A stretch of 64,000 nt of DNA from Chloroflexota bacterium. Lineage in GTDB: Bacteria; Chloroflexota; Anaerolineae; JAAYEA01. The position numbers were made by a program, and so were the translations under genes. Location: assembly GCA_019873665.1 (NCBI GenBank), contig JAIOAV010000004.1:6580-70579 (forward strand), in the 5' to 3' direction. The notes beneath the pieces were generated by a model that saw only the letters and a program-made list of their open reading frames with translations, made no database searches and was not told where the DNA came from. Numbering within the stretch: the stretch's first letter is position 1; each line of letters starts with the position of its first letter. Shown piece by piece: positions 1-9,381 of this stretch.

Positions 1-879
1 CAGCGCCACGAGCAGCTTCTCGTCATTCTCGCCAAAGACACGGTTGCTGACCTGATTGTCCACGCACAACACGCCGATGACGCGCTTGCCCGCCTTGAGC
101 GGCACATTCAGAAGCGACTTGACCAGATAGCCGGTCTTGATCTTGATCCCCTGGTCGGTCGTCACATTCTCGATGCGGATCGGCTTGCCGGTGCGCACCA
201 CCTGGCCGGCCAGGCTATCCTCCACCTTGAGGCGAAAGCCACGCGCAAAGGTCTCACCCAGTCCTCGCGCCGCACGCAAGTAGAGCTCCCCGCTGGCCTC
301 ATCTACCAGAAGGAGTGATGCCTCCTCCGCGCCAGTGATATAAGACGCTGCTTCGACCACTCGATTCAGCACCGTCTCGACATCCACCAGCTGCGCCACG
401 GATTTGCCGATACTGGAGAGTATATCCAGCTCGCGGACACGCTGCGCCAGCTGTCGGTTTATGCGGACCACGCCCCCCTCAAGACGTTCCTTTTCTTGGC
501 GCAGCCGCCTCTCCGTCAGGGCGCGTTCCACCGCCTCCGCCGCTTCGGTTACTGTGAAGGGCTTGACGAGATAGTCCTTGGCACCAAGGCGGAAGGCCTG
601 GATGGCGGTTTCTTCCGACCCGTAGAAAGTCATGAGGATCGTCGGGATATCGTGCCCCTTGCTCTTCAGGACCTTCAACACCTCCAGTCCTGTGAGCCTG
701 GGCATTTTCAGGTCAATTAGCATGAGGTCAACGGCCCCGGTCAGGGCATAGTTCAGGCCGGTCTCACCGTCATGCGCGACCACCGTCTTGTAGCCACGGG
801 GCTCCAGCACGTACTGGCAGAGGAACTTGACATTTTCTCGGCTATCATCTACAACGAGAACGGTTTCGTCAGGCATCAT
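1..879 (-). CDS. Receiver (REC) + GAF domain signalling protein, 3' end outside the window
   Basis: Manual translation, absent from the ORF track because it runs off the edge: MMPDETVLVVDDSREN...LMLIDLKMP...DYLVKPF, then a coiled coil and a GAF domain (EEASLLLVD...VPLKAGKRVIGVLCVDN). GGAGGA RBS at about 882-888. Confidence 0.85.
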   Translation of the reverse strand, partial: MMPDETVLVVDDSRENVKFLCQYVLEPRGYKTVVAHDGETGLNYALTGAVDLMLIDLKMPRLTGLEVLKVLKSKGHDIPTILMTFYGSEETAIQAFRLGAKDYLVKPFTVTEAAEAVERALTERRLRQEKERLEGGVVRINRQLAQRVRELDILSSIGKSVAQLVDVETVLNRVVEAASYITGAEEASLLLVDEASGELYLRAARGLGETFARGFRLKVEDSLAGQVVRTGKPIRIENVTTDQGIKIKTGYLVKSLLNVPLKAGKRVIGVLCVDNQVSNRVFGENDEKLLVAL

Positions 880-888
880 TTCTCCTCC

Positions 889-1293
889 CTAACAAGAGGA
901 GTGCCCCGTCGCCAACGTGCCCTCGATGGAATTCATCAGCTCCTCTATGGTGAAGGGCTTGCGCAGATACCCCTTTGCCCCCTCCCGCATCGCATCATTC
1001 AGGAGCTGCTCAACGGCATAGCCGGTCATCATGATCACCGGGACGTTCGGTCGTATCTGCTTCAGAGCACGCAGGATCTCCAACCCGTCCATGTACGGCA
1101 TACGAACGTCCAGGAACACGAGGTCATACGGAGAACCCTGGACGCTCTGGAGCGCTTCCTGACCGCTCCCCGCGGTGTGCACCCCATACCCCTTCGCGCC
1201 CAGCATGAACGAGAAGAGCGCGCGCATCCCCGGCTCGTCATCCACCACCAAGATAGTCTTGCGCCGCGAAGCACCTGGGCTCTGCTGTGCCAT
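889..1293 (-). CDS. Single-domain response regulator (CheY-like)
   Basis: ILVVDDE, FLDVRMP, MMTG, LRKPF. Start moved to MAQQ, which follows an AAGGAGG RBS. Confidence 0.88.
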   Translation of the reverse strand: MAQQSPGASRRKTILVVDDEPGMRALFSFMLGAKGYGVHTAGSGQEALQSVQGSPYDLVFLDVRMPYMDGLEILRALKQIRPNVPVIMMTGYAVEQLLNDAMREGAKGYLRKPFTIEELMNSIEGTLATGHSSC

Positions 1294-1364
1294 GGCCACC
1301 TCCTTGTTGCCCGCCGCCTCAGCACGTGGCGGACTCCACGCTCTACCGCCCCGCTCTCGCCCAC

Positions 1365-1775
1365 CTAACCCTGATATCCCAGACGGCGTTTCTCTGCCGC
1401 AACATCCTGTAAAGCCTTGTGCACGATCTCGCGCAGTTTGTAGTACGAAAAGGGTCGCACCAGGCAATCTGCGATGCGCAACTCACGCACGGCGCGGTCA
1501 ATCAGCGGGGAGTAATGGTCAGTCATCAGGATAAAGCGCGTGCGTGGCGATAGATATTGCACAAGGCAGGCGAGCTCTAGGCCACTCATATCCGCCATCT
1601 GCATCTCGGCAACGATAACATCAAAGAAAATGTGCTTGACTTTCTGCTCGGCTTGCCGGCAGGTTGAAACAAGCGAGATGTCAAGATCGTCGCCGATAGT
1701 GGCTAGCGTGCGTCGCAGCAACAGGGGGGTGTGCGACTCGCTGTCTACGATGAGAACTCTCTGCAATGGTGACAT
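1365..1775 (-). CDS. Atypical (pseudo) receiver domain protein
   Basis: REC fold pattern (VLIVDS...DVIVAEMQM...SGLEL...ILMT...LVRPFS) with the phosphoacceptor Asp replaced by Glu and the conserved Lys by Arg. Confidence 0.75.
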   Translation of the reverse strand: MSPLQRVLIVDSESHTPLLLRRTLATIGDDLDISLVSTCRQAEQKVKHIFFDVIVAEMQMADMSGLELACLVQYLSPRTRFILMTDHYSPLIDRAVRELRIADCLVRPFSYYKLREIVHKALQDVAAEKRRLGYQG

Positions 1776-1924
1776 GCGGCCCTTGCGGCATCCCTTCTGC
1801 GCGCTGGCGAATTCTCTCACAGAAGAAACAGCCTTGCATGGCGCAACGCCATCTCTTGACGCTAGCCAATATTCTCGACAAATCAGTCAAAAACGCAAAT
1901 CATGCGCTTGTTTGCGTGTGATCG

Positions 1925-2338
1925 CTACTCGCGCAGCAGCAGTTTGTAGCATCCCTGCCAGGTCTCCGGCCCCCGCGTGAGCTTGGTGATGCGAATGTCC
2001 GCAAAGTGTGGCAGGAGCGCAGCCAATTGCGGGGGGAGCTCCGCCCAGTGATCCGCCTTGATCATCTTCGCCATGCGCTCGGCAGTCTGCCCGGCCCACT
2101 CCCACTCCATGCGAAAGCGATCCGCCTTCAGATAATAGTCGCGTTTCTCCCAGGCCTCGGTGGTCTGCTCGATAGTCGCGGCGATGCCCCGCAGGCCAAT
2201 GACCACCAAAGCGGCGAGGTCCTTCGACTCGGCATCCAGTTCCCTTTTGCTCATCAGATGACGCAGCGCCTCCGCAACGGTGCGACGCCACCGATTGCGC
2301 TCGGTTCCCGGATTGTTCGTGTTGATCACCCGACTCAT
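1925..2338 (-). CDS. Hypothetical helical protein
   Basis: 137-aa ORF with protein-like composition and its own sigma70-like promoter upstream. Confidence 0.75.
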   Translation of the reverse strand: MSRVINTNNPGTERNRWRRTVAEALRHLMSKRELDAESKDLAALVVIGLRGIAATIEQTTEAWEKRDYYLKADRFRMEWEWAGQTAERMAKMIKADHWAELPPQLAALLPHFADIRITKLTRGPETWQGCYKLLLRE

Positions 2339-2378
2339 GAAACTACCCCCCAGATGGTTTCCGAGAAGAATCGTGAAT

Positions 2379-2407
2379 AGTATAGGTTCTTTCGCTCACG
2401 CGGTCAA
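2379..2407 (-). promoter_or_regulatory. Sigma70-like promoter for 1925-2338
   Basis: Minus strand TTGACC-N17-TATACT. Confidence 0.6.
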
Positions 2408-2418
2408 ATGCAGACAGC

Positions 2419-2452
2419 AAAAGCCAGGTTCTCTTTCCCGCAAGAACCTGGC
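2419..2452 (-). terminator. Intrinsic terminator
   Basis: Perfect 10-bp stem GCCAGGTTCT/AGAACCTGGC followed by TTTT on the minus strand. Confidence 0.6.
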
Positions 2453-2518
2453 CTGTGACTAGTATGAGATTGCCAGGAGGCTCACGCCTCAGCGGCAAAC
2501 CGCCTCTACCCGGTGATG

Positions 2519-2593
2519 CTAGATTCGGATCACGCTCAAGCCCACAAACACAACAGCAAGCCCCAATGCCCAGAGCAGCGACAGGTTCTCCAT
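2519..2593 (-). CDS. Putative 24-aa single-TM small protein MENLSLLWALGLAVVFVGLSVIRI
   Basis: ATG preceded by AGAGGAG, almost entirely hydrophobic, terminator just downstream. Below the ORF-track size cut-off. Confidence 0.5.
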   Translation of the reverse strand: MENLSLLWALGLAVVFVGLSVIRI

Positions 2594-2755
2594 GGCGGCA
2601 TCTCCTCTTGCATCATCCTCTTTTGCCAGCATTATGCGCAAGATGGGTTAAGGACATGTTGCCGTGTTGTTAAATCATGGTAAAACCCACACTCTCTTTG
2701 CTGTCGCGTGGCTTTGCGTGTATTATATGCGCGAATCACGGCAACGGGAGGAAAG

Positions 2756-3817
2756 ATGCTCTACAAAGAGGATTGGGAGATGGCACAAAAGCGCCTCATG
2801 GCGTGGTGGGAGCGCGAGATCATAGATCGTGTCGTGATCCAGGTAACGGCGCCGCGATCAGGTGAACGCACAGTGCCCCCACCAACGAGTCTGGAGCAGC
2901 AGTGGTTGGATATCGAATACCGCCTCGACGCGGCAGAAGACCGTATGCGCCACACCTATTACGGCGGCGAGGCGTTCCCTGCCTTCTGGCCAAACCTGGG
3001 GCCCGACATCTTTGTGGCATATCTCGGCGCAGAACTGATCTTTGGCGAGCATACCAGTTGGTCAGTGCCACTCCTGAAGGACTGGTCGCAACTCGACCAA
3101 GTGCGTTTCGACAAAAGCAACCGCTGGTGGCAGCTTAGAGAGCAGATGCTAGAGGCGGGTGGGCAGCGCTTTCAGGAGAAAGCCGTCCTGGGCATCACTG
3201 ATCTGCATGGTGGGGGCGACGCGGTGGCCGCCCTGCGCGACCCGCAGGTTTATGCTGTTGACCTGATCGAGCACCCGGACAAGGTCAAGGAGGCAACCGC
3301 GCTTGTCGAGCGCGCATGGTTCGAGATATTCGAGGCAGAGCGGGAGGTGGTCGCCAAATATTCAGAGGGCATGACCACATGGATGAATCTCTGGCATCCC
3401 GGCAACTGGTATCCGGTGAGCTGCGACTTTATCTGCATGATCTCCCCCGCGCTATTCCGCGAATTCATCTTGCCGGAACTGCTGGCAGAGATCAATTATC
3501 TTGACCGCAGTATCTTTCATCTCGACGGCCCCAAAGCGGCTGCGATCCACCTGGACGCACTCCTCGCCATCGAAAAGCTGGATGCGATCCAGTGGGTGCC
3601 GGGAGCCAATTCAGGGCCAATAGCCCAATGGTTCCCCATGCTAAAGCGCATCCAGGCGGCGGGCAAGGGGCTATTGCTGCATATCGAGGCATGGGAGTTG
3701 GACGAGGTAATGACGACGCTCTCGCCGCGTGGGCTGTGCATCTCCACATCCGCCCCTTCCATCGCCGAGGCGGACGCGCTCATCGCAAAGGCCGCCAAGT
3801 TGACGCGAGCGCGATAA
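2756..3817 (+). CDS. URO-D/CIMS-like (MtaA/CmuA-related) TIM-barrel protein
   Basis: GITDLHGGGD, SCDFICMISP, IFHLDG and IQWVPG motifs. GGGAGG RBS before MLYKEDW. Confidence 0.7.
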   Translation: MLYKEDWEMAQKRLMAWWEREIIDRVVIQVTAPRSGERTVPPPTSLEQQWLDIEYRLDAAEDRMRHTYYGGEAFPAFWPNLGPDIFVAYLGAELIFGEHTSWSVPLLKDWSQLDQVRFDKSNRWWQLREQMLEAGGQRFQEKAVLGITDLHGGGDAVAALRDPQVYAVDLIEHPDKVKEATALVERAWFEIFEAEREVVAKYSEGMTTWMNLWHPGNWYPVSCDFICMISPALFREFILPELLAEINYLDRSIFHLDGPKAAAIHLDALLAIEKLDAIQWVPGANSGPIAQWFPMLKRIQAAGKGLLLHIEAWELDEVMTTLSPRGLCISTSAPSIAEADALIAKAAKLTRAR

Positions 3818-3840
3818 GAGCAGACGCTAGAGGCGATTCC

Positions 3841-5493
3841 CTATGTTGTGACAAGGGCGATCACCATAGGCCGGCGTCCGGTCTCTTGCAAGAGAAAGCT
3901 TTCCAGGCCGCGCTGCACGCGTTCGCTGATCGAGCGGTCGGTAAGAGGCCCCGCTTGCGCGACGCGCATCGCTTCGGCGCGCATGCGCTGCAGAAGGTCC
4001 TCCGCCTCACGCAGATAGACAAAGCCGCGTGAGACGATCTGCACTCCCCCAACCGCCTGCCCGCCGGGCAACAGGCTGACAACGGCGACCACAAATCCAT
4101 CGCGCGAGAGGATCTCACGATCCCGCAGCACCGCCGGCCCCACATCGCCCACTCCCGCGCCATCCACAAAGACCTCTGCCTGACTGATAGGCTCTCCCTT
4201 TTCCGCGGTTTCCTCCCCCAGCTCCAGCACATCGCCGTTTTGCATAATCAAGATCCGCTCCGGCGGGATGCCCATCTGGCGCGCGAGACGCGCGTGCTGG
4301 TACTGGTGGCGAGGCTCGCCATGGATCGGCATGAAATAACGCGGACGCAGCAGCCGGATCAACAGCTTTTGATCTTCCTGGCTGCCATGGCCCGACACAT
4401 GCACCTGCGCCATCTCGCCATAGATCACGTTCGCGCCGCGCTGGATCAACTGATTGATGATCCGATTGACCATCTCCTCGTTGCCGGGAATCGTCTGCGC
4501 CGAGACGATGATGGTATCGTCAGGGCGAATCTCGATCTGCCGGTTTGTGCCCGCAGCCATGCGCGCCAGCGCCGCGCGAGGCTCCCCTTGGCTGCCCGTG
4601 GCAACGATGGTAACACGCGAAGGGGGAAGGCTATTGGCCTTGCGAATGTCCACCAACGTGTCGGGCGGAATGCGCAGATAGCCCATCTCCTGTGCCATCG
4701 CTACGTTATCCGCCATACTGCGCCCTTCCACCGCCACCTTACGATTGTGTCGCGCCGACACGTCAATCACCTGTTGCACGCGCGAGAGCAGAGACGCAAA
4801 GGTGGCGACGATGACGCGTCCCGGCGCCTCGGCGAAAATCCGTTCAAAGGTATCCTCCACAACCCGCTCCGGCGGCGTAAAGCCGGGTCGTTCCGCGCCG
4901 GTGGAGTCGGCCATGAGGAGCGAGACCCCCTCGCCACCCAACTGCGCCAGCCCCGCCAGGTCCAGTTGCGAGTCCAGGCCAGCGCCAAGATCCAACTTGA
5001 AATCTCCCGAGTGCACCACGTTGCCCACCGGCGTACGGATCGCCAGCCCGATCCCGTCCGGAATCGAATGGTTCACGCTGAAGAAGCTGAGATCGAACGG
5101 CCCGAGACGTAGTCGCTCGCCCGCTTGAATCGTCTGCAGGTTCGCGCGATTCCTGATCCCGGCGCGATCCACCTTCACCTCCACGAGCCCGCGCGTCAGG
5201 CGCGTGCAATAGATCGTCAGCGAGGTCTCTCGCAGGAGATAGGGGAGCGCACCGGTGTGATCCTCATGGCCGTGCGTCAGGATAACGCCACGGACCTGCT
5301 CAAACTTGTCGCGGAGATAGCCAAAGTCGGGGATTACGAGGTCAATGCCCCACATGTCGTTTTCGGGAAACATGGACCCGCAATCAACGATGAGGATATT
5401 GCGGCCATACTCGAACAACGTCATATTCTTGCCGATCTCCCCCATGCCACCCAGGGGAATAATGCGCAGTCTGTTGGCCATGGAAGAGGCCAT
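3841..5493 (-). CDS. rnj: Ribonuclease J
   Basis: IIPLGGMGEIGKN, THGHEDH, HSIPD, GSQGEP, HVSGH, PIHGE. Confidence 0.95.
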   Translation of the reverse strand: MASSMANRLRIIPLGGMGEIGKNMTLFEYGRNILIVDCGSMFPENDMWGIDLVIPDFGYLRDKFEQVRGVILTHGHEDHTGALPYLLRETSLTIYCTRLTRGLVEVKVDRAGIRNRANLQTIQAGERLRLGPFDLSFFSVNHSIPDGIGLAIRTPVGNVVHSGDFKLDLGAGLDSQLDLAGLAQLGGEGVSLLMADSTGAERPGFTPPERVVEDTFERIFAEAPGRVIVATFASLLSRVQQVIDVSARHNRKVAVEGRSMADNVAMAQEMGYLRIPPDTLVDIRKANSLPPSRVTIVATGSQGEPRAALARMAAGTNRQIEIRPDDTIIVSAQTIPGNEEMVNRIINQLIQRGANVIYGEMAQVHVSGHGSQEDQKLLIRLLRPRYFMPIHGEPRHQYQHARLARQMGIPPERILIMQNGDVLELGEETAEKGEPISQAEVFVDGAGVGDVGPAVLRDREILSRDGFVVAVVSLLPGGQAVGGVQIVSRGFVYLREAEDLLQRMRAEAMRVAQAGPLTDRSISERVQRGLESFLLQETGRRPMVIALVTT

Positions 5494-5669
5494 CCTTCTC
5501 CATTCGTGTCGTGTCGCCGGCGTCAGCGTCAAGGCTCATCTCGCCGCCAGCCGCAGCCAGAACGCTACATTAGACGATCCGCCTGATGCTCTCGATCAGT
5601 AATCATATACTAGCACGAAAAGCGGGGGCGGCCAAATCCTGTCTGGGCGAGCCGAGCCGCAACAGCGGG

Positions 5670-5697
5670 TTGACGTCTATATGCTGCTGTGTATAAT
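5670..5697 (+). promoter_or_regulatory. Sigma70-like promoter for pfkA
   Basis: TTGACG-N16-TATAAT. Confidence 0.6.
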
Positions 5698-5778
5698 CGC
5701 GGCAAGAATCTGCAACCGATATCCGCGACATCCCATGGTGCGAGGATGCCGCGGCCATGCGTATGGTGGGAAAGCGAT

Positions 5779-6750
5779 ATGAAGAGAGTGGCAGTCCTGA
5801 CGAGCGGGGGAGATGCCCCTGGGATGAATGCGGCCATCCGGGCAGCAGTCCGCCTGGGTCTCGCCCAGGGATGGGAGATGTACGGCGTGCGTCGCGGATA
5901 CGCCGGCCTGATCGCCGGCGATTTCGCGCCGATGTTAGCGCGAGATGTCAGCGGCATCTTACAGCTAGGTGGCACGGTGTTGGGCAGCGCCCGCTGTCCC
6001 GAATTCGAGACGGAAGAAGGCCGCTGGCGCGCATTGCGCGAGCTCCGCCAGCACAGCATCGAAGCGCTGATCGTCATCGGCGGCAATGGCTCACAGGCGG
6101 GAGCGTATGACCTATACAAGATGGATTACCCGGTGGTGGGCGTGGCCTCGACCATTGACAATGATCTTGCGGGCAGCGACATCAGCATCGGCGTGATGAC
6201 GGCGCTGGATATCGCCCTGGAGGCAATTGACCGGCTGAAGACAACAGCGGCGGCACACCAGCGAGCATTCTTGCTCGAGGTGATGGGACGCAAGTGTGGC
6301 TATCTTGCGCTGATGGCGGGGATCGCCGGTGGGGCAGAAGCGGTGGTGATCCCAGAGCGGGATGTAGCGCCAGAAAAGATTGCCGAAGAGATCCGCCAGG
6401 CGTACTTGCGCGGCAAATCGCATGCCTTGGTCGTGGTGGCCGAGGGCGCCAGGTACAATGCCGAGATGATGGCCCAGCACTTTGCGGAGAATCGGGCGCG
6501 ACTCGGCTTTGATTTGCGCGTAACCAGGCTGGGCCATGTGCAACGGGGTGGCGCGCCGGGCGCGTTCGATCGCCTGTTGGCCACTGATCTCGCGAACGGG
6601 GCGGTGGAAGCGTTGGCACGGGGTGAATTCGGTTGCCTGTCCGGCTTGGTGGGCGGACGCGTCGTTACGACTCCCTACAAGGATGTCATCGGCGTCGTCA
6701 AGCCGCTTCCCGCGCACTTCCTGGAGATGGAGCCGCTCCTCGCGCGTTAG
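5779..6750 (+). CDS. pfkA: ATP-dependent 6-phosphofructokinase
   Basis: VLTSGGDAPGMNAAIR, TIDND, EVMGR, LGHVQRGG. Confidence 0.93.
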   Translation: MKRVAVLTSGGDAPGMNAAIRAAVRLGLAQGWEMYGVRRGYAGLIAGDFAPMLARDVSGILQLGGTVLGSARCPEFETEEGRWRALRELRQHSIEALIVIGGNGSQAGAYDLYKMDYPVVGVASTIDNDLAGSDISIGVMTALDIALEAIDRLKTTAAAHQRAFLLEVMGRKCGYLALMAGIAGGAEAVVIPERDVAPEKIAEEIRQAYLRGKSHALVVVAEGARYNAEMMAQHFAENRARLGFDLRVTRLGHVQRGGAPGAFDRLLATDLANGAVEALARGEFGCLSGLVGGRVVTTPYKDVIGVVKPLPAHFLEMEPLLAR

Positions 6751-6796
6751 AGCGGCCTACCCCTGCCGCAGCCAGAGCCAGGCCCAGGGGCTTCCC

Positions 6797-7690
6797 CTAT
6801 CTGCGCTCACTCTCTCGAGGGTGCAGCAGACCCGCGCCGCTGACGAGATCGAGCATCTCCATCGTGATGGCGTGTTGCCGCGCCGCATGATAGCTCAGCG
6901 TCAGCTCCTCGATCAGGCGCTGGCTGTTACTGCTCGCTCCGTCCAGCATCTGAAAGCGCGCCGATTGCTCACTCGCTGCCGACTCGATAACACAACGGTA
7001 AAGCTCCACGATAGACCACTGCTCCAACACGCGGCGATAAAGGATCAGCGGATCGGTGTCGATCAGCGGCGGAGGCCACGAGGTCGTCTCCTCTGGCGGC
7101 ACCTCCAGCCGGGCGGGAAAGAGCTGCGCCATCTGCGGACGCAACGCAGCGCGGACCTGATACGGCGTATAGACCACATAGACTGTGTCGTAGCGACCCG
7201 CACGATACGCCGCTGATAGCTGCCGCTGTACGTGTTGTACAAATGCCAGAGAGGGCACCGAGGTCACCGGCAAGCTCTCCGACCAGAGGGGCGCGACGCC
7301 TCGCCGCTCAAAATGGATGGTGGCGCGCGCGCCGAGCGTCATCAGCTCAACAGCGCGGCCAAGGTCCCGCTGCTGCGCCAGATACCGCTCCGCCGCTTCC
7401 AGAACCGTGCTGTTAAAAGCGCCACACAGGCCACGCTCCGAGGCAATCACCAGCATCCCCACGCGCCGCGCTTGCTCCACAGTTTCGGCCGGCTGCAACT
7501 CCTCTTGCGGCAGATGCTCCAGCAGGGCACGAAAGACGCTGCTCAACTCTTCCGCAAAAAGCCGTACAGCAGATAGGCGCGTCCGCGCCGCGTGCCAGCT
7601 CCCGGCAGAGATCGTGCGGAGCGCCGTCAGGATCGGCTCTACGCTCCTGATGTTATCGAGTCTCTCTTTAATGCGCTCCAGATCTTCCAT
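6797..7690 (-). CDS. atpG: F/N-type ATPase gamma subunit
   Basis: SERGLCGAFN, SEQSARF, ARQHAITME. Start at MEDLERIKERL. Confidence 0.92.
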   Translation of the reverse strand: MEDLERIKERLDNIRSVEPILTALRTISAGSWHAARTRLSAVRLFAEELSSVFRALLEHLPQEELQPAETVEQARRVGMLVIASERGLCGAFNSTVLEAAERYLAQQRDLGRAVELMTLGARATIHFERRGVAPLWSESLPVTSVPSLAFVQHVQRQLSAAYRAGRYDTVYVVYTPYQVRAALRPQMAQLFPARLEVPPEETTSWPPPLIDTDPLILYRRVLEQWSIVELYRCVIESAASEQSARFQMLDGASSNSQRLIEELTLSYHAARQHAITMEMLDLVSGAGLLHPRESERR

Positions 7691-9381
7691 GTGCCTTCCT
7701 GGAAAGTGGAAAGGAACTCCTCGATCGTCTGGTGCAACTGGCCAGCGAACTCGGCATCCAGCTCGTCCTCTTCCGTCAGGCGGCGGATGAGGTATGGATG
7801 CTGTCGGCTCGTGTAGCTCCATAAGGCCGCCTCAAATGGCAAGACGCGGCTGAGCGGGAGTTCGTCAAGGTAGCCCTGCGATGCAGCATACAAGCCCAGA
7901 AGCTGCCGTGGCAGGGGGAGCGGCGCGTAGCGCGGTTGTTTCAGGATCTCTTGCAGACGCTCGCCACGCACGATCTGGCGGCGAGTCGCCTCGTCCACCT
8001 CGGTGCCAAAGCGGGCAAAACGCGCCACTTCGCCGTATTGCGAGATCTCCAAACGGAGATTGGACGATATGCGTCGCATCAGCCGGCTTTGCGCTGCGCC
8101 GCCCACGCGAGACACAGACAGGCCGACATCAACGGCGGGACGGATCCCCTGGTTGAACAGGGATGGAGAGAGGAAGATCTGCCCGTCAGTGATCGAGATC
8201 AGGTTCGTGGGGATGTAGGCGGAGATATTGCCACGTCGCGTTTCCACAATCGGTAGCGCCGTCAACGACCCGCCCCCCAATGTGTCCTTCATCCTGGCGG
8301 CGCGCTCCAGCAGGCGGGCATGAAGGTAAAAGATGTCACCTGGGTATGCCTCACGCCCTGGCGGGCGTCGCAGGAGGAGTGCCAGCTCGCGGTAAGCGTC
8401 AGCGTGCTTGGAGAGATCGTCATAGACGATCAACACATCCTGGCCTGCGTCCATGAAGAACTCGGCGATGGTGCACCCGGCATACGGCGCCAGATACAGG
8501 AGTGCAGGTGGATCATCCGGCGATGCCATGACGACGACCGTGTAGCCCATCGCGCCATGCTCTTGCAGCGCCTCAATCGCCTGGAGCGCGGACGTTTTTT
8601 TCTGGCCGATGCTCACATAGACACAGATCACTTCCTTGTCGCGCTGGTTGATGATCGTATCAAGGGCAATAGTGGTTTTGCCAGTCTGGCGATCGCCGAT
8701 GATTAGTTCTCTTTGCCCGCGGCCGATTGGAACGAGAGCATCAATCGCCTTGATGCCGGTCAGCAACGGTGTGTCGATAGGCTGTCTCTCGATGACGCCC
8801 GGCGCCGGGCGCTCGATAAAGCGTGTCTCATCGGCAAAGATGCGACCCTTGTGGTCCAGCGGGCGGCCCAGTGGATCAACCACGCGGCCGAGGAGCGCCT
8901 CCCCCACCGGCACCTCCAGCCGTTCTCTGGCCTCTGTTACCATGTCGCCACCCTGTATGCCCTCATCCGATCCGAGCAGGATACAGTCAATGGTAGTGCC
9001 ATTGAGGTTAAGTATCATCCCCAACGTGCCGGTCGGGAAATGAACGAGGCTGTCGGACTTGGCTCGCGGCAGACCCGACAGGGTCGCAACGCCATTGCCC
9101 ACCTTGAGAACGGTGCCGATGTCCATCACTTCGGTGTGATGGCGGTATCCGGTTACCTCCTTCTCCACATTAGAGAGAATCTCTTTTACATCAAAGACGA
9201 TCGGCCCCTGACTCAAAAACGCTTGAGGTATCCGCTGTGCGGCAGCACGTGATGGCGCCGGCGGCCGCGATGTTATCTGCTGCGCAGCCGGGATCTTTTC
9301 CTCCCCTCTCGTCTCTGCGTGCAGCCGCGCCGTTTCCTCGCGAATCCGCTTCAGGAGCGCATCAAGGTCGAATTCTCTCAT
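7639..9381 (-). CDS. atpA: F/N-type ATPase alpha subunit with N-terminal extension
   Basis: GDRQTGKT Walker A, RRPPGREAYPGDIFYLH, ISITDGQIFL, SVSRVGGAAQ. Confidence 0.96.
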   Translation of the reverse strand: MREFDLDALLKRIREETARLHAETRGEEKIPAAQQITSRPPAPSRAAAQRIPQAFLSQGPIVFDVKEILSNVEKEVTGYRHHTEVMDIGTVLKVGNGVATLSGLPRAKSDSLVHFPTGTLGMILNLNGTTIDCILLGSDEGIQGGDMVTEARERLEVPVGEALLGRVVDPLGRPLDHKGRIFADETRFIERPAPGVIERQPIDTPLLTGIKAIDALVPIGRGQRELIIGDRQTGKTTIALDTIINQRDKEVICVYVSIGQKKTSALQAIEALQEHGAMGYTVVVMASPDDPPALLYLAPYAGCTIAEFFMDAGQDVLIVYDDLSKHADAYRELALLLRRPPGREAYPGDIFYLHARLLERAARMKDTLGGGSLTALPIVETRRGNISAYIPTNLISITDGQIFLSPSLFNQGIRPAVDVGLSVSRVGGAAQSRLMRRISSNLRLEISQYGEVARFARFGTEVDEATRRQIVRGERLQEILKQPRYAPLPLPRQLLGLYAASQGYLDELPLSRVLPFEAALWSYTSRQHPYLIRRLTEEDELDAEFAGQLHQTIEEFLSTFQEGTWKIWSALKRDSITSGA

